55,698 bases of DNA from Patescibacteria group bacterium (GTDB taxonomy: Bacteria > Patescibacteriota > Minisyncoccia > Phycocordibacterales > Phycocordibacteraceae). The stretch spans positions 1-55,698 of the forward strand of contig JBBUDY010000017.1 in the NCBI GenBank assembly GCA_038057055.1, read 5' to 3'. Position 1 is the stretch's first letter. Each line of letters opens with the position of its first letter. The notes under the pieces are model-generated. The model was not told where the DNA came from and made no database searches. It saw nothing but the letters and a program-made list of their open reading frames with translations. Position numbers and translations under genes: made by a program. This document shows, in pieces, positions 37,326 through 46,760 of the stretch.

Positions 37326-38747
37326 CTACCGAGCGGCGCGTTCACGGATCTCAGCAAAGCTTTGATCCACGAGGAGTTCGCCGTCTTTGAATACCGGCAC
37401 CAGCTCGTTCTTGAGGCCGAGCTTTTCGGCTTCTTCTTCACGTACCGTGTAGTACACCCCGTCTTTGCAGACGAGCGCCAAACGACCGGCCTTGGAACGC
37501 TTGCCCGGGTCGGTGATGGGATCTTTCATTACATCCCGCCACGTCCCGTTCACTTCCGTCGCCGAGCACTTGAACGCGAACTTCTGCGTGTCGCGGTCCA
37601 TCTTTTGCAGAAGCCCGCCGCCCGAACCGAACGCGACATTGTCGGCAGACCAGCCAGCGATTTTCATCGCAACCAGCACTTTGTCGAGCATCTCGTAGTC
37701 AATGCCGTCGCCCTGGATGACACGCACTTTCGGATTGAGGACCTTGTAGCCCTTCTTGTTCACTTCATATCCGAACGCATCGCCCAAGATTTGGAGCACG
37801 CGCACCACGACATCGGGCGGATACCCGCTGTCAGGACGTACCACGAGCACACCATCGCGCGCCAGCACCGCTTCTTTGAGTTCTTTGCCCCAGATTTCGC
37901 GGCAAGCGTTGTAGATATCGTAGCTGTCAGAAACCACAGCGACGAGACCGGTCGGGAAGGCCTTCAGCATGTTTGCGTAGGCATCCTTCTCGTTCTCGTA
38001 TCCCCACGAGGTAATCGTGGAGTGTTCTGCGGCAGGAATTGAGAACCCTGCCATCGGCTCGCCGTAATACTTCCTGGCTACGCGGATGCCCTGGAAGGTG
38101 TCCGTGCCCTTGAAGCTGACCAAGTGCGCCGAGTCGCCGATGCCCGCGGATTCAACTGATGTTGACCCACGGAAACCGAAATCGTGCACTTTGAAGTCGA
38201 TGAGCGAGGTGTCGCCGGTCGCTTCAAGGTAGTTCAGCACCCGAAGGCGCATGTACCTGCTCTGTGTGGCGACCGTTGAGGGGTACCAGATCATCGAGAG
38301 CAGTGTTTCCACGTAGTTGGTCACCCACGGCAATTCCGGATCGGTATTCTCGACCGTCATCAGGACATTCCTTGCCGGCACATTGGTGCCTTCAGGAACG
38401 GCTTTGATGATAATCGGGAGCCGGCCGCCATGCACCGTGAGTATCCTGTCCCAACCTGCGCGGTTGTAGATGCTGTTCGTGCCGAAGTGCGCCTCAAAGT
38501 CGTCAGCCGCCTCGTCGACATTTTCAGGCGTTACGATGCGGCCGGAGAGATAGCGCTTCAGGTAGTACTGGAGACCGTAGAACGTTACTTCAGAGAATAC
38601 TCCACCGCGGCTCTCGAAGTACGAATGAATCTTCATCGTGCCGGGAGGGAGTTGGTTCCAGTGCGAGACCTTGTAGCTGTCGGAGAGTTCAACGGTGTTG
38701 ATTTCGCCGTTTGCGCCGATGCTCGGATTGCCTTTGTTCGCATTCAT
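37326..38747 (-). CDS. nadV: Nicotinamide phosphoribosyltransferase (NadV/NAMPT)
   Basis: About 470 aa. Motifs VSDSYD, VVRPDSG, IQGDGI and AFGSGGGLLQK are typical of NAMPT. Confidence 0.88.
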   Translation of the reverse strand: MNANKGNPSIGANGEINTVELSDSYKVSHWNQLPPGTMKIHSYFESRGGVFSEVTFYGLQYYLKRYLSGRIVTPENVDEAADDFEAHFGTNSIYNRAGWDRILTVHGGRLPIIIKAVPEGTNVPARNVLMTVENTDPELPWVTNYVETLLSMIWYPSTVATQSRYMRLRVLNYLEATGDTSLIDFKVHDFGFRGSTSVESAGIGDSAHLVSFKGTDTFQGIRVARKYYGEPMAGFSIPAAEHSTITSWGYENEKDAYANMLKAFPTGLVAVVSDSYDIYNACREIWGKELKEAVLARDGVLVVRPDSGYPPDVVVRVLQILGDAFGYEVNKKGYKVLNPKVRVIQGDGIDYEMLDKVLVAMKIAGWSADNVAFGSGGGLLQKMDRDTQKFAFKCSATEVNGTWRDVMKDPITDPGKRSKAGRLALVCKDGVYYTVREEEAEKLGLKNELVPVFKDGELLVDQSFAEIRERAAR

Positions 38748-38794
38748 GATGTTTCCTTTTCAGTGTGTGATGGGACCTGCAGATGATGTTGCAA

Positions 38795-39688
38795 TTACTT
38801 CTTGAGTACTTCGACGACTCGCTTGATGAGCGACCGGTGCGCTTCGACGATGTTGTTCGCATCAATCGAGAGCGAGTGCCATGCAACTCTTGCGAGGTCG
38901 TCTCCGGCGCGCGGCGCGCCGGCCATGTGGGTTGTGACGAAGAGAGCGGTCATAATCTTGTCGCGCTCTCGCTCATACCGCCAATCATTCACACGATACG
39001 AACCAGCGTAGGTAAGTTCGTGCGTCATGATGTTTCCGGCTTCTTCTTTGAGTTCCCGCTGGGCTGTCGCTTCGAGCGATGTGTCGCTCGGATCGACAAA
39101 CCCTCCGATGAGCCGCCACTGGTCGCCGTCCGTTTCCTTTTGTCCGAGAAGAATCTCGAGCGCCGGATACCGGACGACGGCAATATCGACCGTTTGGTAC
39201 GAGATTGCCGGCCGCAATTGTTGTGCCGCGATCATCCCCTTGCGAAAGGAAGGATTCCATTCGATTGGAGCTGATGCGCATGCACGCTCACTCGTTCCCG
39301 ATATTTCTGGTACCATCGGCACCACGACTATCGGTAGCTTGCCCGAGTAATGGGGGACGAAGCTGTCGCGAGAGGCGTAGAGCCTGATGTGTGCACCGGG
39401 GAACGTCTGTGCGAGAAGCGTGTCCAGTTTGTTTGACCAGACGGCATCGTCGGGGTGGTCGGAATGTTCGAGCACCACGACATCCGGAAATGATTCCCGG
39501 ATACCCTGCGCCCGTACCGGGTAGGGAAGGGGGTTGCGCTCCGTAGGGAGTGAGTCGCCCTTTCCGAGAACTACCGTAGTCACATCACACTCGCGTAGGG
39601 CCCACCGGATAAGGTGTTTGTGCCCTTCATGAAGTTCAGCAACCTGGAATCGTCCAACAACTACACCAACTGTTTTCAAGCTTTTCAT
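38795..39688 (-). CDS. nadM: Bifunctional NMN adenylyltransferase / Nudix hydrolase (NadM-Nudix)
   Basis: N-terminal GRFQVAELHEGH nucleotidyltransferase motif. C-terminal Nudix box GGFVDPSDTSLEATAQRELKEEAG. GGAGG RBS upstream. Confidence 0.85.
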   Translation of the reverse strand: MKSLKTVGVVVGRFQVAELHEGHKHLIRWALRECDVTTVVLGKGDSLPTERNPLPYPVRAQGIRESFPDVVVLEHSDHPDDAVWSNKLDTLLAQTFPGAHIRLYASRDSFVPHYSGKLPIVVVPMVPEISGTSERACASAPIEWNPSFRKGMIAAQQLRPAISYQTVDIAVVRYPALEILLGQKETDGDQWRLIGGFVDPSDTSLEATAQRELKEEAGNIMTHELTYAGSYRVNDWRYERERDKIMTALFVTTHMAGAPRAGDDLARVAWHSLSIDANNIVEAHRSLIKRVVEVLKK

Positions 39689-39728
39689 GTGTTCCTCCTC
39701 GTTTTCAAAGAACCGTTTCGGATAAAGA

Positions 39729-39749
39729 TTAGTGTACTAAGTACACTAA
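39729..39749. promoter_or_regulatory. 21-bp perfect palindrome TTAGTGTAC-TAA-GTACACTAA (NrtR operator candidate) upstream of nadM
   Basis: 9-3-9 inverted repeat containing a GT-N7-AC core, 41 nt upstream of the nadM start. Confidence 0.6.
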
Positions 39750-39792
39750 GTAAGGGTAAAAAATATATGGCTCCTACCCCTCTCTACCCACC

Positions 39793-39813
39793 TAAGTGTA
39801 TCTTATACACTAT
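39793..39813. promoter_or_regulatory. Second related palindrome TAAGTGTAT-CTT-ATACACTAT
   Basis: AGTGTAT/ATACACT inverted repeat with the same spacing and half-site family. Confidence 0.5.
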
Positions 39814-39850
39814 CACTTTTCCTGTCAATACCCCCTGTGGATATCGGGTT

Positions 39851-40543
39851 TTATAAAACTTCTACTTCCTTGACCTTATCAGAAGAAAAACGATAAAGTT
39901 GCGCGGGTCGAAACGCACCGCCAGTCCGTTTGTGGGGAAGGGGAGCGATGAAATGAAGCTTCAATATTTTCTTGCGGAAGTTCCTTTTATCAAGACTGGA
40001 GTGCAGGATGCTCTCATACGCATGTTCGAGTTCGGTGAGTGTGAATTCTTTTGGCATAAGCTTCCCGATGAGTGTTGTGTATGTTATGCGAGAACGCAGT
40101 CGGTCAATTGCCACAACCAACATCTGATCGTGGTCATAGGCAAGTCCTCTGACTTCGCTCACCGGGCTCCACCACGCATCGGACGTATCAAGTCGTTCTT
40201 TCGTAGAGAGTTTTTCCCACGGTGTGAGTGCGAGATACGCGACGGCGACCACGCGGCCGCGCGGGTCACGCTTGAGTTCACTAAAGGTGTACAACTGCTC
40301 AATGTAGATTTCTCTCGCATCGAGCAGACCCTTTGTCCGTACCAAACGCTTTGCGGCTTCCTCGGCCGTTTCCTTGGGGTCAATAAGACCGCCCGGCATA
40401 CCTCTACTGTTCGAGAAGTGGGGAGGACGTTGTACCTTGGTGAGGCGCACAAGGAGCTTGTTGTCGCGGATGGTGAACATAACAACATCTGCGGCGATGA
40501 TTGCAAATTGAAAGTGTTCCGGCACAGTATTTCTTTTCTTCAT
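39851..40543 (-). CDS. nrtR: NrtR-type transcriptional regulator (Nudix-like domain plus C-terminal winged helix)
   Basis: Degenerate Nudix box (GMPGGLIDPKETAEEAAKRLV) followed by a ~90-aa wHTH-like tail (LTELEHAYESIL...NFRKKILKL). Adjacent to nadM and nadV. Confidence 0.75.
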   Translation of the reverse strand: MKKRNTVPEHFQFAIIAADVVMFTIRDNKLLVRLTKVQRPPHFSNSRGMPGGLIDPKETAEEAAKRLVRTKGLLDAREIYIEQLYTFSELKRDPRGRVVAVAYLALTPWEKLSTKERLDTSDAWWSPVSEVRGLAYDHDQMLVVAIDRLRSRITYTTLIGKLMPKEFTLTELEHAYESILHSSLDKRNFRKKILKLHFIAPLPHKRTGGAFRPAQLYRFSSDKVKEVEVL

Positions 40544-40662
40544 AGAGATATGTTGGGAATTGTGTCGCGTGGGTTACTTATTGTCAATACTACACCTTAT
40601 CCACAGGTCTGTAAACGTATGCTTGACACTAACTCTCATCAGGAGTATTCTCGAGATTAGAG

Positions 40663-40686
40663 TTAGTGTGTCAATTACACACCTGA
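40663..40686. promoter_or_regulatory. Related imperfect palindrome TTAGTGTGT-CAAT-TACACACCTGA in the nrtR/SPFH divergent region
   Basis: GTGTGT/ACACAC inverted repeat with a TTAGTGT half-site. It also forms the right arm of a longer inverted repeat with 40623-40636. Confidence 0.45.
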
Positions 40687-40813
40687 TCTTTGCCAACATA
40701 ATACACTCGTTTGACACAGTACTGGCAAAGTCGTACTCTGCATCCGGATAGCAGTTCATAGCTACCACATCTAAGCAACTCAACCAGCAGCAGTAGTGAA
40801 CAGGAGAAACGCC

Positions 40814-41698
40814 ATGAAATATCTGCCTCTCACCGTGTTCAACAAGGCCGGTGCGACCAGTAACGTGTTTTTGGTCGCCGGCGGGGAACGGATCAACAAA
40901 GGTCTCGGCTACATAGGGGTCGTCCCTGTATGGAAGTCAGTGGCCGTTGTACCGACTTCGCCACGCACGGAAGACTTCCAGATCGCCGAGCGTTCGAAGG
41001 ACAATCAACCGATGACGGTCACGGGCAACGTATCGATTGTGCTCGACCCCGAAACGGCAGTCGCGAGGTACGATTTCTCCGTCGACGTTTCAAGTGGTGC
41101 CTACGTGACCCCGTTCGACTCCGCGCTCAGGGCGGCAGTGATCGAAGTGATACAGGGAGCTATCCGCGAAGTTGCAGGCTCCCTCAGCATCATCGATGCT
41201 CCCAAGTCGTACAAGGCCTTCGAAGAAAGGGTCAGGAGAGCGATTGAAGCCGCAAAAGTCGTGATCAAGACCAAAGGCTTTAGCTTCGAAACGGTCAGCG
41301 TGACGAGGGTTGCGCCGACCGACCGCGAAGTCGAAGCGTCCATAGGCGCCGAAGAGCGCTTCGCGATTCTCGAAAAGGCCGACAAGGCCAACCACGACCG
41401 CCAGATGAGGGCCCTCAAGGACCAGCTTGAAATCGGCGAGGAAGAAGCGGAAAACAGGCTTGCTCTCGAACGGAAACGCGACGAACTCCTGGGTGAGAAG
41501 AACAAGAACGATCTGAAGGCAGCCCAAGGAGAACAAGCGGCAACCAAGAAACGTCTCGAGGCCTATGCCGATGTCAATCCTGCGACTCTGCTCGGCGCGG
41601 CGGTTCTCCGACTTTCCGAACGTGGTGGTGTCGAACATCTCTCGATCGTCCCCGAAATGTTTGCGGCGGCCAAGGCCGGTGCCGACACGGGCAGGTGA
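40814..41698 (+). CDS. SPFH/band-7-like domain protein with C-terminal coiled coil
   Basis: Beta-rich N-terminal half, then a charged coiled coil (EERFAILEKADKANHDRQMRALKDQLEIGEEEAENRLALERKRDELL). AGGAG RBS upstream of MKYLPL. The family call rests on architecture only. Confidence 0.5.
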   Translation: MKYLPLTVFNKAGATSNVFLVAGGERINKGLGYIGVVPVWKSVAVVPTSPRTEDFQIAERSKDNQPMTVTGNVSIVLDPETAVARYDFSVDVSSGAYVTPFDSALRAAVIEVIQGAIREVAGSLSIIDAPKSYKAFEERVRRAIEAAKVVIKTKGFSFETVSVTRVAPTDREVEASIGAEERFAILEKADKANHDRQMRALKDQLEIGEEEAENRLALERKRDELLGEKNKNDLKAAQGEQAATKKRLEAYADVNPATLLGAAVLRLSERGGVEHLSIVPEMFAAAKAGADTGR

Positions 41699-42624
41699 GC
41701 GCGATGGTGAGCCGCGTTGTGCTTGTCACCAAACGCTCGCCGCTTGAGGAGCTCGTGCTCAAGCATCTAACGTTCAACAAAGCCGAGTTCGCACTTAAGG
41801 CGGCAGGGCAGTCTATAGCGACGTATGTCGAAGAGGACAGTCGTTACCAGGCTGCCGTAACTGCCATACGTGCGCAGGTCCCAAACGATCTGCCCGTTTC
41901 GGTGATGCGGCGCGATGAACTCGCGAACGCGAACTTCCAATTCCGGGATACGGACCTCATCGTGGTCTGCGGCCCGGACGGACTGTTCGTCAACGTTGCA
42001 CGGTATGTTCGCGACCAGTTGGTGCTCACGGTGAATCCTGGTGTCTTTGGGGCTGGCGCACTTATGCTTTTCCCGCCCAGCAAGGTGGGGGGCGTAATAG
42101 CGTCGATCCAAAACGGGACGCACCATGTCGAACGGTTGCCGCTCCTCAAAGCGGTCATCGACGATGAGCGGGTGATGTGGGCGGCCAGCGATATCTTTGT
42201 CGGGCGGACCGACAAGGTCTCAGCGTGGTACGAGCTGTTGTTTGGTCGCGTGCAAGAAGTACAGGGCTCCGATGGGGTCCTCGTATCGAGCGGTATCGGA
42301 TCGACCGGCTGGATACAGTCTGTCGTCAATATGGTAGAAGGGCTGACGCGAGAGGGGACTCCCCACAAGCTGAAGCAGCTTCCTGCCGCGGCAAGCAATG
42401 AACTCGTGTTTGTCGTCCAAAATCCGATATCGTCCCCGACCACTGGCCATTCGATCATAACCGGCAGGATCACTCCCAGTAAACCGCTTTCGCTGTATTC
42501 GCGCATGCCCGAAGGAGGATTCATTTTTTCCGACGGAATGCTTGAGCAGGCGGAAGCATGGAATGCCGGGAGCTGGGTGGCAGTTACGGTCGGAGACCGG
42601 TATGTACAGCGGATCGTTCCTTGA
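41695..42624 (+). CDS. NAD kinase/diacylglycerol-kinase-fold protein with a deviant GGDG motif
   Basis: DLIVVCGPDGLF lies in the GGDG position. VNPGVFGAGALM lies in the NxGxLGFL position. SSGIGSTGW lies in the TPTGSTAY position. The GTG start overlaps the SPFH stop (GTGA); an alternative ATG lies at 41704. Confidence 0.55.
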   Translation: MSAMVSRVVLVTKRSPLEELVLKHLTFNKAEFALKAAGQSIATYVEEDSRYQAAVTAIRAQVPNDLPVSVMRRDELANANFQFRDTDLIVVCGPDGLFVNVARYVRDQLVLTVNPGVFGAGALMLFPPSKVGGVIASIQNGTHHVERLPLLKAVIDDERVMWAASDIFVGRTDKVSAWYELLFGRVQEVQGSDGVLVSSGIGSTGWIQSVVNMVEGLTREGTPHKLKQLPAAASNELVFVVQNPISSPTTGHSIITGRITPSKPLSLYSRMPEGGFIFSDGMLEQAEAWNAGSWVAVTVGDRYVQRIVP

Positions 42625-42679
42625 ACACACGAGCTATGACTCGGGCCGACAGCGCAATGCTGCCGGCTTTTTCTTTTGT

Positions 42680-44152
42680 CTAGGCGAAGCCGGGAAAGTA
42701 GTCGGTTTTGATAGAGAAGCGAGAGACGCCCATATCGTGGAGGGTCTTTTCAAACGCGGTTACCATGCCGTGCGGGCCGGAGAGGTAGAACGTGCGCTCT
42801 TTGTAATCGGGAACTTCTCGAGCAATCATCGCGCCGTCGATTCTACTTGTGTAAATCGTCTTCATACCAATCTCGCGCTCAGCAGTATCGAAAATATTTT
42901 TATAGGCAATCTCGGAAGCTGTCTTGTTTGAATAGAGAAGTGTGACGGTGCGCGTATCTTTTGTATCCATCAGGTACTGTACCTGACTGCGGAAGGGGGT
43001 CACGCCGATACCACCGGCGATGAATACGAGTTTTTTCTTTGGATTTTTCGGCAAGACAAAGTCTCCGGCAAGACTCGAAGCAGAGATAACGTCACCAATC
43101 TTTAGTGCAAGGAGAGCGCGTTTGAAAGTGCTCTCTGGCTCATAAATCTTCACCCCAAGTCGCACGGTGTGTTCAGTGGGTGATGAGGCGATGGTGAAGA
43201 AGCGCCGGTTCCCGCGGTCGTCGCTCGGACTGTGCCCCAATGTCCATTCCAAGTATTGTCCTGGATGGAAGGTGAGCGGCTTGTCTGGGGTGAATACAAA
43301 TTCAAACGTGCCGGCAGCAATCTTGTTCTTCTCTGCGAGCGTGAGCATGAAGCGTCCCTTGGGACTCACAAGGGCGACGAACAGGTTACCGACGAGGAGT
43401 GCAAGCTCCGGTGAGAAATAGAAGGACCCAAGGTGAATAATGGAGGTGAAGAGAAGACCGACCAACGCCCCGTACAACACTCTCAAAGTTCGGCTGGGTG
43501 GTGCAGTCAAGGGTTCGGTGAGCATCACAAAAGCGAAGAAAAGAAATGAAGAGTATTGGAATGTGTGCGCGAGTATGGCAATCGGACTGCCGTGGGAAGT
43601 GAGAACGATAGTCAGCAGCACGACGACGAAAAAAGAAAGGACGAGATCAAATCTGCGGATTTTGCGCACAATGAGCAATCCGCCAAGGAGCACAAAAGGG
43701 AGGAGCACCAGATTTCCATCGATCCACCACGTTGCCGATTGACCAAGAATAAGCGCCGAGAGCGCAACGCCAAAGGCCGCGGGATTGAAAATATGTTTTC
43801 TGCCGATAGTGAAAATATATTTCGATGCCATTGCTCCCGCCGATACAAAAATGAGAAAACCAATACTCGCATAATTGTTGAGGGTAGCGGGGGCGAGTAT
43901 GAGCGCGAGAATAAAAGCGGTGATATACACTGATTCGACATTCGGTATTGCTCCGGACCATTTCGCGAATATATAATTCGAACCCCAACATAGGCTTACA
44001 ATAAGCAGCGTTGAGAATATAAGGTCTATGGGACTATAGGGAAGGAGACCAAAAGAGCAGAAAAGTACCGCCACCGCGAGAAGCGCGATAAGGACGTACA
44101 GCACAAGGCGGTACATCGTGATTCTGTTCAGGAATTTGTCGATAAAAGTCAC
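42680..44152 (-). CDS. Polytopic membrane domain fused to an FNR-like FAD/NAD(P)-binding oxidoreductase
   Basis: About 250 aa with multiple TM helices. Then RRFFTIASSP (RxYS-type FAD motif) and LVFIAGGIGVTPF (NAD(P) motif). Confidence 0.7.
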   Translation of the reverse strand: MTFIDKFLNRITMYRLVLYVLIALLAVAVLFCSFGLLPYSPIDLIFSTLLIVSLCWGSNYIFAKWSGAIPNVESVYITAFILALILAPATLNNYASIGFLIFVSAGAMASKYIFTIGRKHIFNPAAFGVALSALILGQSATWWIDGNLVLLPFVLLGGLLIVRKIRRFDLVLSFFVVVLLTIVLTSHGSPIAILAHTFQYSSFLFFAFVMLTEPLTAPPSRTLRVLYGALVGLLFTSIIHLGSFYFSPELALLVGNLFVALVSPKGRFMLTLAEKNKIAAGTFEFVFTPDKPLTFHPGQYLEWTLGHSPSDDRGNRRFFTIASSPTEHTVRLGVKIYEPESTFKRALLALKIGDVISASSLAGDFVLPKNPKKKLVFIAGGIGVTPFRSQVQYLMDTKDTRTVTLLYSNKTASEIAYKNIFDTAEREIGMKTIYTSRIDGAMIAREVPDYKERTFYLSGPHGMVTAFEKTLHDMGVSRFSIKTDYFPGFA

Positions 44153-44225
44153 GTCTATGAGTATAGCGCGAGAGTACTAGCGAAGAAATATCTGACATGG
44201 TATTGATGCTGTAGAGGAGGAAACC

Positions 44226-44624
44226 ATGGATCAATCAAACCACCATGATCAGCCAGAGCTATGGTTTCGACCAAGCCCGGCAATGTCTTTCAGTGCTCTT
44301 TTATCGCTCTTTGAGGTAGAAGAAATAACAGCCACACCTCGTCTCGGGAAACGCGATGCTATGCATCCGAAAGGATACGTCCTAGGTACTGTAGTGACCG
44401 CCCGTCTATTTGACGAAAATCGGCAAGAGCGGATTCACAAGAAGGTATATATCGATCGTGTCACGAGCAAACTACTCCGTGACATTACGGGGTTTGAGTT
44501 GAAAGAAACTAGGTATCGCTCGGCGTCATTGCTACAGGAAGACCTTTCCTTTTTTGAAGGACGATCAGTAGCGCTCGATGAAGTCGTCAGTATCGTCGAG
44601 TTCTCGTATCTCACTCAATTGTAA
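44226..44624 (+). CDS. Hypothetical protein
   Basis: 132-aa ORF with a GAGGAGG RBS upstream. No recognisable motif. Confidence 0.4.
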   Translation: MDQSNHHDQPELWFRPSPAMSFSALLSLFEVEEITATPRLGKRDAMHPKGYVLGTVVTARLFDENRQERIHKKVYIDRVTSKLLRDITGFELKETRYRSASLLQEDLSFFEGRSVALDEVVSIVEFSYLTQL

Positions 44625-44640
44625 TTAACTGGAGGAAAAG

Positions 44641-45654
44641 ATGAACATCACGACGCTTATCACCAAAGGCATTGCGCGCGTTGCCGATCTTCCTCCTGTG
44701 AATTGGAGAGAGATCAGTACTGACGTATCGCTCACTGTGCCGCTTATTGTCGAAGATTATCCGGCGAAGACGGCTACGATGTGGAATGCACTGTACGAAA
44801 ACCTCGGGATGCCAGACCGGAACATGATGCTAGTCGCTGATCCAAAAGATCTCGCGCAGATTATCGAAGTGTTTCGAGCGGATTCGCGGTACAAGGGCGG
44901 CGGCGCAGGGGTAGGCTTCAAGCAAGCGATTATCCCGCACCTCGATGAAGTTACATCGCTTGCGAAAGCGATGGGAGCGGTCAACATCATCAAGAGAAAT
45001 GCTGACGGCAAACTTGTCGGTGACAACACTGATGGCGAAGGCTACGCACGCAGTCTTGCAGATGTTCTCGCTGTGAAAGGCCAGTCGCTCAAGGGCGCAC
45101 ATGTCCTGATGCTTGGGGCGGGTGGTTCTGGTCGAGCAATTGCATTTGCTCTCGCGAGTAAAGGTGCACAGCTAGTCATCCTCAATCGGACCGAAGCAAA
45201 GGCGCGCGAGCTTGCCAACACATTGAACCAACACTCGGGATTTGGTGTTGCGGTCGGCGGCGGGAGGGAGCTATTGCCCTCTGTGTTGAGCAAAGTAAAC
45301 GCCGTGGTGTCCGTTATCGACGACCCCGTGTCCCCACTCGACGCCTATTCAACGATTGGTGATATGGAATTCCCAATAACAAGAGGATCCATTAAGCGAA
45401 ACTATGCAACGACCGAATGGCTCTTGGAGAAGATTGATCGGTCACTTGTTATTTCGGACATTCGTATTCGCAAAGAACCGACGGCGATGCTTGTTCAGGC
45501 GAAAGAGCTTGGCTTTTCGACGCTCGACGGCATTCCGATGGTAGTGAATCAGGGCGCCACTGCTTTCTGGTGGCTCTATCGTGACCAACTCTTCTCGCGT
45601 GGTGTTACAGAAGAAAATGTGAAGGAGGTCATGCGAAAGGCTGCCGGATTATGA
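44641..45654 (+). CDS. Shikimate/quinate dehydrogenase family protein
   Basis: GDNTDGEGY motif and Rossmann motif MLGAGGSGRAIAFAL. GGAGG RBS upstream. Confidence 0.75.
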   Translation: MNITTLITKGIARVADLPPVNWREISTDVSLTVPLIVEDYPAKTATMWNALYENLGMPDRNMMLVADPKDLAQIIEVFRADSRYKGGGAGVGFKQAIIPHLDEVTSLAKAMGAVNIIKRNADGKLVGDNTDGEGYARSLADVLAVKGQSLKGAHVLMLGAGGSGRAIAFALASKGAQLVILNRTEAKARELANTLNQHSGFGVAVGGGRELLPSVLSKVNAVVSVIDDPVSPLDAYSTIGDMEFPITRGSIKRNYATTEWLLEKIDRSLVISDIRIRKEPTAMLVQAKELGFSTLDGIPMVVNQGATAFWWLYRDQLFSRGVTEENVKEVMRKAAGL

Positions 45655-45696
45655 ACACCTGTAGAACTTGAGGACCGAGCTGGCAACTCGGTCCTT

Positions 45697-46665
45697 TTAC
45701 TTTTCGGAAACGATATTGGTCGGGGCGCCGGCGGCGAAGTGCTGGATATTTTCGATGGTGGTGTTCAAGATGCGTTCGACGGCCTCTTGGGTGTTGAAGG
45801 CGAGGTGGGGGGTGACGATGACGCGTGGATGGTCGATGAGGTAGTGATTTTCTTCAGAAATTGCAGACTGTTCTTGCAGGTGTTGCTCGTCTTCAAGTAC
45901 ATCGAGCGCGGCACCCGCGAGAATGTCTCTTTTGAGCGCATCAACAAGCGCATCGGTCTCGATGACCGCACCGCGCGCGGTGTTGATAAGGTAGGCACCC
46001 TTTTTTATACTGCCAATATTTTCTTTATTGATGAGGTGGTGCGTGTGCGGGTTGTAGGGAACGTGCAAGGAAATGATGTCTGACTGTGCAAGGAGCTCAG
46101 GGAGGGATACGTAGGGGAAATTGAGCGTGTGGGAGAGGTCTTGATTCGGATATGCGTCAAAGCCGATAATCTTCATGCCGAATCCCTGTGCCATCTTGAT
46201 TACATGCGCGCCGATGTGGCCGGTGCCGACGATGCCGATCGTTTTCCCCGCGAGGTCAAAACCGCGGAGACCAGTAGGGGAGAAGGTACCGGCGCGCACG
46301 CGTTCATCAGCGTCGATAATCCTCCGCGAGAGAGCGAGGAGAAGTGCGAAGGCGAATTCAGCAACCGTGTTTTCGCCATAGAACGGAACATTTGCGACTG
46401 CGATACCGCGCGTCTTTGCTGCTGCCAAATCAATGTGGTCGAAGCCAGTCGAGCGGGTCGCGATGAGCTTCAAGGCAGGAAAGCGGCTCATCTCTGCCTC
46501 GCCAATCGGCGACTCGATAAACGTGCAGAGCGCATCTGCCTCTGGGTCGGTGAGGTCTGGATAAGCAGAAAAAGCGTCCTTGTGGAACGTAATATCTTCA
46601 CTCGGGAGCTTCGCCTTCACAAACTCTTCCTCCCACTCCTCCCCCGCAAAATAATGGATTTTCAT
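45697..46665 (-). CDS. D-isomer-specific 2-hydroxyacid dehydrogenase (D-lactate dehydrogenase-like)
   Basis: NAD motif GIVGTGHIGAHV. Catalytic context LINTARG ... DVLEDE ... VIVTPHLAF. Start set at MKIHYFAG. Confidence 0.85.
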   Translation of the reverse strand: MKIHYFAGEEWEEEFVKAKLPSEDITFHKDAFSAYPDLTDPEADALCTFIESPIGEAEMSRFPALKLIATRSTGFDHIDLAAAKTRGIAVANVPFYGENTVAEFAFALLLALSRRIIDADERVRAGTFSPTGLRGFDLAGKTIGIVGTGHIGAHVIKMAQGFGMKIIGFDAYPNQDLSHTLNFPYVSLPELLAQSDIISLHVPYNPHTHHLINKENIGSIKKGAYLINTARGAVIETDALVDALKRDILAGAALDVLEDEQHLQEQSAISEENHYLIDHPRVIVTPHLAFNTQEAVERILNTTIENIQHFAAGAPTNIVSEK

Positions 46666-46713
46666 AAGGTATATGTTACCTCGTTTCGGCTTCTCACTCC
46701 ACGGGGTTATTGA

Positions 46714-46742
46714 CATAAAAACAACCCCCGCTTTGGGCGGGG
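46714..46742 (-). terminator. Intrinsic terminator downstream of the 184-aa gene
   Basis: On the minus strand, the CCCCGC-CCAAA-GCGGGG hairpin is followed by TTGTTTTTATG. Confidence 0.6.
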
Positions 46743-46760
46743 TGAAGGGACACAGACTTG

